Position numbers and translations under genes: made by a program. A model generated the notes under the pieces. That model searched no databases, was not told the DNA's origin, and was given only the letters and a program-made list of their open reading frames with translations. This document shows, in pieces, positions 55,624 through 64,000 of a stretch of DNA of 64,000 nucleotides. This stretch comes from an uncultured bacterium. Lineage in GTDB: Bacteria; Verrucomicrobiota; Verrucomicrobiia; Limisphaerales; UBA11358. How positions within the stretch are numbered: position 1 is the first letter of the stretch; every line of letters starts with the position of its first letter. The stretch is taken from positions 837,762-901,761 of the forward strand of contig CAVRPQ010000003.1 of NCBI GenBank assembly GCA_963723125.1. The letters run 5' to 3'.

Positions 55624-57221
55624 AGCTGACGTACATCCAACAATCTGGGAGTCCACCGGTGGGGGATGGCGGGGATCAATACACTGGATTAGATCGGTTT
55701 GGACGGGTGGTGGACCAGCGGTGGATGAAGGAGAGCAGCGGGGCGGATTTGGAGCGGGTGCAGTATGGGTTTGACCGGGCCAGCAACCGGGTATGGAGGG
55801 CCAACCCGGTGGCCGAGGCGCTGTCGGCCAATCAGGACGAGCTTTACACCTATGACGGCTTGAACCAATTGCTGACGCTGCAACGGGGCACGCTCAATTC
55901 CACAAAGACAGGCATTACAGGAACCCCGACATGGGAAGAAGACCTGACATTCGACCCGACAGGCAACTGGAACAACTACGTCAATCAGGTCAACGGGACG
56001 ATGACGTTGAACCAGCCCAGGACGCACAATCCGGTCAACGAGATAGTGACGATCAGTGGTTCGAGCGCGTTGATGGTGCAGGACGGGGCCGGCAACATGA
56101 TCAAGGCGCCCAAGGTGAGCGATTGGAGCAACGCCAACGCGATGATCTATGATGCGTGGAACCGGTTGGTGAAGGTATTGGACGGAGGGATGATGGTGGC
56201 TGCATACGGGTATGACGGGCAGAATCGGCGAATCACCAAAACAACAGGAACGACCCTTCGACATTACTATTACAGCAGCCAGTGGCAGATTTTGGAAGAA
56301 CGGTTGAATGCGGCAACCACCGCGGACCGGCAATTTGTGTGGGGGTTGATGGGGATTGACAATTTGGTTCTACGGGACTGGGGAAGTGAGCGGCTTTACT
56401 CCCTTCAAGATGTATTTAATTGCACCGCCGTCATTGATTCGACTGGGACGGTGCAGGAGCGTTACGGTTACAATGCGTTTGGTCTCTCCAGAGTGATGGA
56501 CGCTGATTTCAATCCCCTCTCCTCGTCGGGTTACGATTGGGAAACCAGATACGCCTGTTATCGGTTCGACGATGAATCCAATTTCTACCAGGTCAGAAAC
56601 CGTTACCTTCACCCCAATCTTGGTAGATGGCTGACGAGGGACCCGATTGGATACGGAGAGGGCCCGAATGTTTACGCATATATCGAGAATGACGCAATTA
56701 ATATTGTCGATCCGCATGGGCTTATGTCCTTGCAGGCTTGTTCGAACGCCCTGGCGCGAGCAGAGAAAAATCGGAAAGCCAAGAAGCTTTTACAAGCCAT
56801 TGCAAGTTCCGGTTGTCCCAGTCCATCTATTACATGCAAGTGTTGTAAAGGAAGCGAAGGTGCCCAAACAGACCCAAAAACTGGGAATATTGTTGTATGC
56901 GCCAATAACATAAACGATGAAGGAAGTGTAAAGGCTGGGACGATTGTTATTGAAGACGTAGTCCACGAATTAGTACATTCATTAGATCGTTGTCTCAAGA
57001 AAGATTGTTTTTCTAACTGTAAGTGCAGAGCGTGCTCTGAAATCAAGGCGTATGATCAATCCGGACAATGTGCAAAAGGCGGCTCGTTGCGTGCTGGGTT
57101 TAAGACGTATCGCGCATGCATCAAACATTATGCTTGGGAGTCCACTAAAGTTGATAAGAATTGCACAATTGATGATGTTACAAGCCAATTATCTACATGT
57201 ATCGGCCTTCCGTTAACATAA
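55620..57221 (+). CDS. RHS tip 3: diverged copy of the core plus an Atp23/M76-like HExxH metallopeptidase toxin domain
   Basis: The core is like tips 1 and 2 with scattered substitutions. Motif IVDPHGL at 56709-56723. C-terminal domain has VHELVHSLDRC...CRACSEIKAYDQSGQC (HELVH at 56964-56978). Confidence 0.8.
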   Translation: MKLTYIQQSGSPPVGDGGDQYTGLDRFGRVVDQRWMKESSGADLERVQYGFDRASNRVWRANPVAEALSANQDELYTYDGLNQLLTLQRGTLNSTKTGITGTPTWEEDLTFDPTGNWNNYVNQVNGTMTLNQPRTHNPVNEIVTISGSSALMVQDGAGNMIKAPKVSDWSNANAMIYDAWNRLVKVLDGGMMVAAYGYDGQNRRITKTTGTTLRHYYYSSQWQILEERLNAATTADRQFVWGLMGIDNLVLRDWGSERLYSLQDVFNCTAVIDSTGTVQERYGYNAFGLSRVMDADFNPLSSSGYDWETRYACYRFDDESNFYQVRNRYLHPNLGRWLTRDPIGYGEGPNVYAYIENDAINIVDPHGLMSLQACSNALARAEKNRKAKKLLQAIASSGCPSPSITCKCCKGSEGAQTDPKTGNIVVCANNINDEGSVKAGTIVIEDVVHELVHSLDRCLKKDCFSNCKCRACSEIKAYDQSGQCAKGGSLRAGFKTYRACIKHYAWESTKVDKNCTIDDVTSQLSTCIGLPLT

Positions 57222-57257
57222 AAAGTCGCCGTTAAACAGATATAAAACATAAATAAT

Positions 57258-57800
57258 ATGCTGAATAGACACATAGTGACTACAGTTGTTTTGACTGTGG
57301 CTATTTTTGTTTCCGCAAATGGTAAAGATATTTTGCCTTCGAGCGATTATATCAGAATCAATCTGCTTTCCGTCACGGTAGATTCTACCAATAGTATTGT
57401 TAAAGCATCTCTACAATATAATGGTAACACTAAATGCTTAAAGGTTAGCAATTTTTCTCTCGAAGCAGCGGTCCGCAATTGTGTGCTTTACGATGCGGGT
57501 GGAGTGGTCTGGGTCTTAACACCTCAAGGCAAAGATGTTATAATTGACCCTCCAACATTTGCAATGGACTACAGAACAGAAATGTATCAAGGGAGGAATA
57601 CAACTATTGAATTTGCATACGATGGCATTTTGCCACTCACGGTTGTAAATAGCCAACGGTCTTCAACATTTAATGGAAAGTATCCCGAGAAGCTCGATTA
57701 CCAAATTTTTGGAGAAGTTGGTGTTACTACATGTAGTGCCAATTCGGTGAAATATTTAATAGTTGGTGGGAAAGGAAACGTAAAGCTAAACATAAACTAA
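57258..57800 (+). CDS. Putative immunity protein 3 (signal peptide)
   Basis: MLNRHIVTTVVLTVAIFVSANG signal-like N-terminus. It follows tip 3 by 36 nt. No recognisable family. Confidence 0.5.
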   Translation: MLNRHIVTTVVLTVAIFVSANGKDILPSSDYIRINLLSVTVDSTNSIVKASLQYNGNTKCLKVSNFSLEAAVRNCVLYDAGGVVWVLTPQGKDVIIDPPTFAMDYRTEMYQGRNTTIEFAYDGILPLTVVNSQRSSTFNGKYPEKLDYQIFGEVGVTTCSANSVKYLIVGGKGNVKLNIN

Positions 57801-57900
57801 CGAAGGTCGCTTTATATTGGACGAATGAAATTGACCTATATCAAGCAGGTTAGATGGATGAACGTAGGCGGCGGACTAATTCGTAATCATCGAAATATCT

Positions 57901-58725
57901 ATGAAGATCGGGACTAACATTGCATTAGTTTTCCCAATTCTGATCTGCAACCAAAAATGTCCATATTGCGTGAATCACCATTCGGATGAAGCCAAACTCA
58001 GATATAACATTGAGCCTGGTGCTAAATGGATCGCAGGTATAAATAGCCTTGAGTTAATTGATGAGATTAAGACCGGAGGCGGCGAGCCTACTTTGCATCC
58101 TGATTTTGTTGACATATTCAACAACATCAAAAACGTGCCTTATCGAATTCTAATCGGAACGAATGGTGCGCAATTGGCCGTGGATAAACTTATCAAGGTA
58201 AAGCCGCGTCCAAAATTGCGGATTCAAATATCCTTTCACCCGACTCAGACAGATTGGCAGGAATTCATCGAGCGGATATTAACCATTCGCGATGTGCATG
58301 GCAAAAATGTGGGTGTACACATGATTAGCAGAGATGGGCAAATTGATGCGGAGACCGTATTGAATTTCAAAAAGAGAGATATTCACCTCACGGGCGACAC
58401 TTTTTTATATGATCATGAAGGTTTCTATCAGGAACGTCTTCGAGATTTTTCCGATATGACCAAACCCCCCAGACGAATTCGATGTCCTCTGTCAATTTAT
58501 AAGCCCATCGCTCCCAATGGGGACGTTTATGCATGTCATCAGTTGATGTACACACAATCGAAAATTGGCATTCTCGGAAATATATTTTCCGGTTGGTCGG
58601 TTAATGCACTTGAGGTAGATTGTCCCATGTATGGCTGGTGCAATCCTTGTGATGATGGCCATTTTCAAAAGCGTGATCAACTTCGCACGTTGCAGCATAA
58701 GCGGCCGGAACTTGCTGAATTTTAA
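57901..58725 (+). CDS. Radical SAM enzyme (274 aa)
   Basis: CxxxCxxC cluster motif ILICNQKCPYCVN, then GGGEPTLHP (SAM-binding GGE). C-terminal Cys-rich stretch CPMYGWCNPCDDGH. Confidence 0.7.
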   Translation: MKIGTNIALVFPILICNQKCPYCVNHHSDEAKLRYNIEPGAKWIAGINSLELIDEIKTGGGEPTLHPDFVDIFNNIKNVPYRILIGTNGAQLAVDKLIKVKPRPKLRIQISFHPTQTDWQEFIERILTIRDVHGKNVGVHMISRDGQIDAETVLNFKKRDIHLTGDTFLYDHEGFYQERLRDFSDMTKPPRRIRCPLSIYKPIAPNGDVYACHQLMYTQSKIGILGNIFSGWSVNALEVDCPMYGWCNPCDDGHFQKRDQLRTLQHKRPELAEF

Positions 58726-58885
58726 TGAAACTGACCTACATCCAACAAGATGGCAGTCCGCCGGCGGGGGCGGAGAGCAATACGCCGGGCTGGATCGATT
58801 TGGGCGTGTGGTGGGCTAGCGCTGGATCAAGGACAGCAGCGAGGCGGATTTGGATCGGGTGCAATCTGGGTTTGACCGTGGAACC
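58725..58885 (+). pseudogene. Vestigial fourth RHS tip (first ~155 nt only, with indels and a premature stop)
   Basis: ATGAAACTGACCTACATCCAACAAGATGGCAGTCCGCC... aligns to the tip starts. GTGGGCTAGCGCTGG replaces GTGGACCAGCGGTGG. Homology ends near 58885. Confidence 0.75.
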
Positions 58886-59043
58886 GATATGTTTCGATTT
58901 CCGACATTTGAAAATTTCAGTTTGCTTTATTACCCATGGCGGGTGTATCATTTAGCCGAAATGGAAGATTTCTACAGACAATAACCTCCAATCACGTTGA
59001 CAGAATTTTAGGGATTGCATATTGTTATTTAAAGGAAAGCAAT

Positions 59044-59808
59044 ATGTTGAATCATGACGTCAATCAGAAAATTCGGCGTTTTCGCTATTCGTTTTGCAGC
59101 AATCCTCTTGATAGCGATATAGCGTGGGCGATCCCGGTCTACAAAAGCCGCCAACAACTTCAATGGTGCCTTTCGCACCTTCGGCGACATTACCCAAAAT
59201 CGCGTGTAATGCTGATTAGCGAAGGTGACGACGACAAATATGACGATATTGCTTCCGACTTTAAATGTCATCACGTACATGGTGAGCTTTTGTTGCACTT
59301 ACAGACATGCCATTTATGGGTTGACCGCATACTGCGTTCCCTTTTGGCTGGCGATGAAACATATCTCATAAAGATTGACCCGGATACTGGAGTGTGGCGC
59401 AGATTGTCGGCGCTTCCCGCTTTCTCTTCTCTGTTCGGAACTCTGGAAACCATCTCCGAGGGACATGGTGCCGAAATCGACGTACCCGCCAACGTGCAGG
59501 GAGGTTGTATGGGCATTACACGCGATGTTGTTCAAGAGATACTTTCTTCTGGCTTGCTTAACGAGGAGTCATGTGGAAAGGATTATCGGAAAACTTGGGC
59601 ACGGTGCTCTGATATGATTTGGATGGCGGAGAATGATAGATGCGGCGAAGATTTCGTGATTTCTTGGGCGTGTTATGCTCTCCGCGTGCCAATCGTCGAA
59701 TGTCCGGAGATTCGCTGTCGTTGGCGACGTCAAGTTACGAACGAAACTTTAAGATATGCCATTACCCATCCACACAAACTGAAGGACCACGCGGCCACCA
59801 CTCCGTGA
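59044..59808 (+). CDS. Hypothetical protein, possibly a GT-A-type glycosyltransferase
   Basis: From the ATG at 59044. IPVYKSRQQLQWCLSHLRRHYPKSRVMLISEGDDD resembles a GT-A N-terminal Rossmann segment with an acidic motif. Weak call. Confidence 0.3.
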   Translation: MLNHDVNQKIRRFRYSFCSNPLDSDIAWAIPVYKSRQQLQWCLSHLRRHYPKSRVMLISEGDDDKYDDIASDFKCHHVHGELLLHLQTCHLWVDRILRSLLAGDETYLIKIDPDTGVWRRLSALPAFSSLFGTLETISEGHGAEIDVPANVQGGCMGITRDVVQEILSSGLLNEESCGKDYRKTWARCSDMIWMAENDRCGEDFVISWACYALRVPIVECPEIRCRWRRQVTNETLRYAITHPHKLKDHAATTP

Positions 59809-59989
59809 GCTGGTCCGGTAATTTCACATCCGTTGGTCATTGGAGACTTGTAAAATATAAGTTATAGAAGGATTCGCTGCCGGTTTCGATTTACATAAAA
59901 GATGTCAGGATTATCGAGTTTAGATCTAAGGCGGTCATATGTTAACGACCTGTTGATAAGCATTCCAGTAATCATTTCTCGCACATGAT

Positions 59990-60700
59990 ATGGGTGTCGA
60001 CTTGAAAAAGATTGTAGATGAGACAGTAGATACATATGCACCGATGCAAGTTTATGAGGAGTTGCTTCACCTGACTACTTTCCTGGCCGAGAGAACTTTA
60101 ATCAACGCTCTCGAAATCGGAAGCCATCGATGCGGAATGCTGAATATCCTTGCACACATAGTTGTCGGTAAAATCATTTCAGTCGATTCCTACCATCACA
60201 GCGCAGAAGCCTATCGGCAGAGGTTCTCACTATCACACCCTCGGGCGAAGCTCATCAAAGGCAACAGCCACGATGAACATGTGAAGGAGTTGGTAGTGCA
60301 ATTTCTGGGCGAGGAGATGATTGACTTACTGCTAATCGATGCAGATCACACGACAATGGGCATATTCACCGATGTTAACATGTACTCTCCGTTGGTCGCT
60401 CGGGGTGGCATGATCGTCGTGCATGACGTGGATCCACAGCATGCTTTATTATCAGAGCCAGAAGTTGCATGGTGTGCCCTTAAACAGGATCCACGTTTCA
60501 AGTCGGAAGAGATCATTTGTTTGGGCAACACTCCAGGTATCAACTATGCGGACAAAGGACAATTATCGCAAATAACGGATATGCTTTACTTCGACCCCGT
60601 TCGTTTCAAAAAGCAATTTCCAAAACTCAACGGATTGCCCCATCGGTTGGGCGGGTTTGGTATACTTTGCAAACTCGATGACATTGCAAAAGACGGTTAA
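59990..60700 (+). CDS. Class I SAM-dependent methyltransferase (Methyltransf_24/CmcI-like), paralogue type of 43138-43725
   Basis: ALEIGSHRCGMLNILA (motif I region), LLLIDADHT and GGMIVVHDV. Confidence 0.6.
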   Translation: MGVDLKKIVDETVDTYAPMQVYEELLHLTTFLAERTLINALEIGSHRCGMLNILAHIVVGKIISVDSYHHSAEAYRQRFSLSHPRAKLIKGNSHDEHVKELVVQFLGEEMIDLLLIDADHTTMGIFTDVNMYSPLVARGGMIVVHDVDPQHALLSEPEVAWCALKQDPRFKSEEIICLGNTPGINYADKGQLSQITDMLYFDPVRFKKQFPKLNGLPHRLGGFGILCKLDDIAKDG

Positions 60701-60798
60701 TGCTAAATGTGGCAAAAACGCATATCAGTTATCGAGTATAAGATGTCGATTGAATTTACTTCTTATGTATCCGCTCTCTATAATCTCTTCGGATCGCA

Positions 60799-62169
60799 CT
60801 AGACTCCTCCTGGATAGACCATGTAGGCAACATTCGTGTAATGCAAATGGTTGACCGCATAAACATGGGCAACCTCTTTTCGGACATACTCTCCGACGCG
60901 AAGCCACTCAGGATGAGTATTAATATGCCGCTTTGGTACGTAATCATGCCAAGCCAAAATACGATTAGAAGGTGAAGGATGGGAATAAAAGTATTCCAGC
61001 ACTTTTTCTGTTGCTGATTTTATACCACTGTAGGTCAGATCCGCATCATAGAAGACAAATCCAACATCCGCAAGCATCTTCATGTCAAACTCTTCAAAAA
61101 GCTGGTTGAAGATTAAAACGTTGCGAAACGCTCTGACTTTACATCCTATTTCCTCCTCGCGAACTTGTTCCTGAGCCTGTTCTTCGTTCAAATCTTTTCG
61201 TACGCCACAATAATCAACCCCGTAAACCATGCGATTCGGAAAATTATAGGCGAATTGCATTGTTGTAGTGCCTTCGTGGCAGCCCACTTCCAAGATACCG
61301 CCAACTGTTTGTCTTGCCAGCATTACGAGGGCTTCAACGTCCAATTGTTGAGTAAAGCGAAATCCAATCCGCGACGGGAGAAGGCATTCGACATTTGCTT
61401 CTTCGGCTATAAAGGGTTTTTCATGCACATTTTTGTCGCTATCTTCCGAAACTGCTTTCTGTCTATATTGGTTCCCTTTACCAAGTAGAATGCGAGTTCT
61501 CCAATATGAACAAAATTGTGCTTCCTTTTGCTCCCAAAGCATAGCATCGAGTACCATTTGCTCTTTAACCCCAGCATTGGTTTGTGAACTATGTCGAAAA
61601 TGGTGATAACCTTTTTCGCCTCTTATTGTTCGTGTCTTCCAGCCGTGCATATTGGCGATTGTACTTTTCCACGAATCACCGGAGTAATACTTTAACGTTT
61701 CTGGAAAACCGCCAATTTCAAGCCACATTTTTAGTCTTGTCAGCTGACATTCAGATGCAACCTCCTCCGTTGTGCCATCGCTACCGATCGAGAAATGTTG
61801 AATCGCTTGTTCGTATCCGACAAACCCAATCTGTGGATCTGACTCAATGACCTTCAACATACTTTCAGTCATGCCATCGTTAAACTTAACATCTGAATCG
61901 GCCAATAATACATAAGGGGAGATTTCTCGATCCCGACAGTATTCGATTATTCGATTTCTTGCGACCCATGCACCGAGGTTTTTAGGGGCCGTAATTAGTC
62001 TATCTATTTGTTGCCGCCTTAGCCATGCCACCACGTCGGCATTACTGCCATTATCAAAAATTACTAAATGAGCATTACTAACAGCTCGCCATGAAGGGAA
62101 ACATTCTTGAATGATTGCCAAGTTATTAAATGTTACAATGCCGATTGCAATCTGTGGTTCAGTTTTCAT
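60799..62169 (-). CDS. Bifunctional GT2-family glycosyltransferase (N-terminal) plus methyltransferase-like domain (C-terminal)
   Basis: IAIGIVTFNNLAIIQECFPSW...VIFDNGSNAD and LLADSDV (DxD) in the N-terminal half. GGILEVGCHEGTTTMQFA (SAM motif I) in the C-terminal half. Confidence 0.6.
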   Translation of the reverse strand: MKTEPQIAIGIVTFNNLAIIQECFPSWRAVSNAHLVIFDNGSNADVVAWLRRQQIDRLITAPKNLGAWVARNRIIEYCRDREISPYVLLADSDVKFNDGMTESMLKVIESDPQIGFVGYEQAIQHFSIGSDGTTEEVASECQLTRLKMWLEIGGFPETLKYYSGDSWKSTIANMHGWKTRTIRGEKGYHHFRHSSQTNAGVKEQMVLDAMLWEQKEAQFCSYWRTRILLGKGNQYRQKAVSEDSDKNVHEKPFIAEEANVECLLPSRIGFRFTQQLDVEALVMLARQTVGGILEVGCHEGTTTMQFAYNFPNRMVYGVDYCGVRKDLNEEQAQEQVREEEIGCKVRAFRNVLIFNQLFEEFDMKMLADVGFVFYDADLTYSGIKSATEKVLEYFYSHPSPSNRILAWHDYVPKRHINTHPEWLRVGEYVRKEVAHVYAVNHLHYTNVAYMVYPGGV

Positions 62170-62471
62170 AACTTCGCATACAAGAAGCTTAGATATTGCT
62201 CTCCTGAATTAGAAGATAATCGTACCTAAGAACTTTAATATATTCATCAACTGCATTTAGGAGCATAATATATGCGTTGTTCTTTCAGATTTCTGGATTG
62301 GCAGTACGAACGTCTATTAAAAATAATTGAGAACAGTATTGGTACAAATCCAGCATGGCCGCTGCCAACACCAAAATATCGCCGGATGGTAGAAAAGTTC
62401 TTAACAGTAATTTCCGTATCATATTCTTAATATTTATACAACGGTACGAGCATGTGTGGCGAATCTAACTG

Positions 62472-63290
62472 TCAAGGCCGCAGAAAACGGGAGCAGATCA
62501 TGTGTTCGAAATTCCTTATTACCTTTCCACTGCCCCAAGGTAAACCTCTATTTGCGACAAGACTTCCGCGAGCTATGGATTCCGCGCTCATTTTACGGTG
62601 TTTTGCCAGGCTGTCTTCTCTGTGTTTACATAACGTATGCTTGACACGCTCTCTATCATCATGCGAAATGAAGCGTAAAAATGCCAAATCTTCAATAAAC
62701 ATTTCCCTTAAGCCAAAGGCTTTTGCACGGTATATAATATCTACATCTTCCCAACCCCAGCCATGTTTTAAGCTTTCGTCATAGCCTCCAAGCCTAAAGA
62801 AATCACTTTTAAAAAACGCCAGGCGGCCAAATATTCCCTCATAAGCAGGGACTGCCCTAAAGAAGCTATCTGGATGAGTCAGAAAGGCATTCATGAGGTA
62901 TGTTACGAATCCCTGTCCAATGTAATTGTCTGCATCGACATTACAGACTACCAATCCACGTGCAAGCCGATGCGCTAGATTCTTTGCGTGGGCGTGGTGA
63001 AAACGGGTTGCTCCGTCGTAGCGATAATAGGTGACGATCCCTGACGCCATCTCATGTTTCAACGTCTGACAAACCCATTCATCACAGGAATCCGGCGAGG
63101 AGTAGTTCAGCAATACAAATTCAACCGCCTGTCCTTCGGCCGCTGCGATGTTCTCTGGCATTGTGTGACTAAGGTGATCAGTACGCCCCATACAGGTTAT
63201 GCAAAGTGAAAGATACGGATCGGAAGTCGAAATTGGCTTCGATTTGTCATGTACGCCACAATTCATGTGTTGGCTTGACAAAATAATCAC
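62472..63290 (-). CDS. Glycosyltransferase (GT-A fold, galactosyltransferase-like C-terminal motif)
   Basis: LSLCITCMGR...FVLLNYSS, CNVDADNYIG (DxD) and GGYDESLKHGWGWEDVDIIYR. Confidence 0.55.
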   Translation of the reverse strand: MIILSSQHMNCGVHDKSKPISTSDPYLSLCITCMGRTDHLSHTMPENIAAAEGQAVEFVLLNYSSPDSCDEWVCQTLKHEMASGIVTYYRYDGATRFHHAHAKNLAHRLARGLVVCNVDADNYIGQGFVTYLMNAFLTHPDSFFRAVPAYEGIFGRLAFFKSDFFRLGGYDESLKHGWGWEDVDIIYRAKAFGLREMFIEDLAFLRFISHDDRERVKHTLCKHREDSLAKHRKMSAESIARGSLVANRGLPWGSGKVIRNFEHMICSRFLRP

Positions 63291-63408
63291 TTGTTGATCT
63301 TAGTCAAGCGTTCCGAAAAACAAGCACGAACGTTCATGTGATGCCAATCTTTTAGCCGGAACAATGCAGTTGAAAAAGAGCCACCGATTGGGAACTGATT
63401 GGTGGTGA

Positions 63409-64000
63409 ATGAAAACAACCAATCGTCGGGCACAGGCCCGGTTCACCAAACGGTGGCTGGGGAATTTGAAGTTCAAAACTGCCGGCAAATCAATCGCGAT
63501 CGGCTTCACCGACCAGCAGCTGAGTCCGCACGCCGGCAGCGCCACTTTTTGGGGGTGGTTGCGCGGCGGCAATTGGCTGAACACTTCTGAGCCGGGCTCT
63601 GCCGCACCCGCTTGCCCTTGTCGAATAATCATCTGCTGCCGGTCGAAAAGGCCTTGGCGTTCATGCACGGTTTGCTGTGTGACGCCCGCAAGCTCACGCA
63701 CGTGGCTTATCTGCGGCGCGATCCGGTGGTGCCGGAATTGATCGGCGTGCGCCGAGTGGCCAGCCAGTCGGCGCTTGTCCCGGTTCTTTCAGGGTTTTGA
63801 TTCGGCGGGCACCAATCTGCGGTGTTTTCGTCGCGCTATGGCATGGGTGCCTGGATCGGTTGCCCAGCCGCCAGGGAGGCTACACGCTGGACCTGGATTC
63901 GACGCGGCTCTTGCACGAGGACGGCCATCAGGAGGGCGTGGCCGTGGGTTACACGCGGGCGGGGACTCAAGCCGTGTCTGCATCCGCTGTTGGCGGTGAT
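63409..64000 (+). mobile_element. 5' part of an IS4/IS1380-superfamily DDE transposase gene; reads in several frames and runs off the window
   Basis: IAIGFTDQQLSPHAGSATFWGWL (frame 1), LSNNHLLPVEKALAFMHGLLCDARKLTHVAYLRRDPVVPELIG..VASQSAL (frame 0), SRFFQGFDSAG (frame 1), then YTLDLDSTRLLHEDGHQEGVAVGY and ..LKPCLHPLLAV in yet other frames. Confidence 0.55.

Noticed and set aside
51331-56333. Repeated ~265-aa minus-strand ORFs (51331-52125, 53518-54318, 55689-56333) that look like a conserved gene family.
   Set aside because: They are the antisense of the duplicated RHS core and are conserved only because the sense strand is duplicated. Their composition (Pro/Arg/His/Val-rich) is not protein-like.

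Overview
This 64-kb segment is a mosaic and looks planctomycete or verrucomicrobial. That placement is an inference from a prepilin-type DUF1559 protein, a PEP-CTERM tail, a Tat-signal aldo-keto reductase and secreted proteins ending in ..FYRV/..FFRT. I saw no rRNA gene, no intact tRNA gene and no CRISPR array.

Left part (1-24.9 kb): ordinary and accessory genes. These are two HisKA_3 kinase plus NarL-type regulator pairs, a GH5 glycosidase, an aldo-keto reductase, an LRR surface protein, an alginate-export-like porin, an isochorismatase-like hydrolase and a pirin. They are interspersed with IS elements: an IS5-family copy inside a DUF1559 gene, an IS5/IS1182-like copy, an ISKra4-like copy and a truncated IS21. 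There are also three direct copies of a tRNA-Ser/Sec 3' end that bracket single genes.

Middle part (25-38.8 kb): two mirror-image MobF-relaxase/ParA mobilisation modules, one intact and one riddled with frameshifts. They are joined through a truncated coupling protein, a truncated tyrosine integrase and an attP-like junction carrying a tRNA-Cys-like 3' fragment.

Right part (about 39.3-63.3 kb): a visibly AT-richer island (judged by eye) with GT9/GT2-type glycosyltransferases, two sulfotransferases, several methyltransferase domains and a radical-SAM enzyme. The island is split by a decayed IS110-family element, a 3 x 103-bp tandem repeat and an RHS/YD polymorphic-toxin locus.

The RHS locus is the most unusual feature. 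A 1357-aa RHS shell gene ends in a stop codon. It is followed by three separately initiated 'core + toxin tip' genes, each with its own exported immunity-like gene, plus two vestigial tip starts that bracket the radical-SAM gene.

The window ends in another frameshifted DDE transposase gene.
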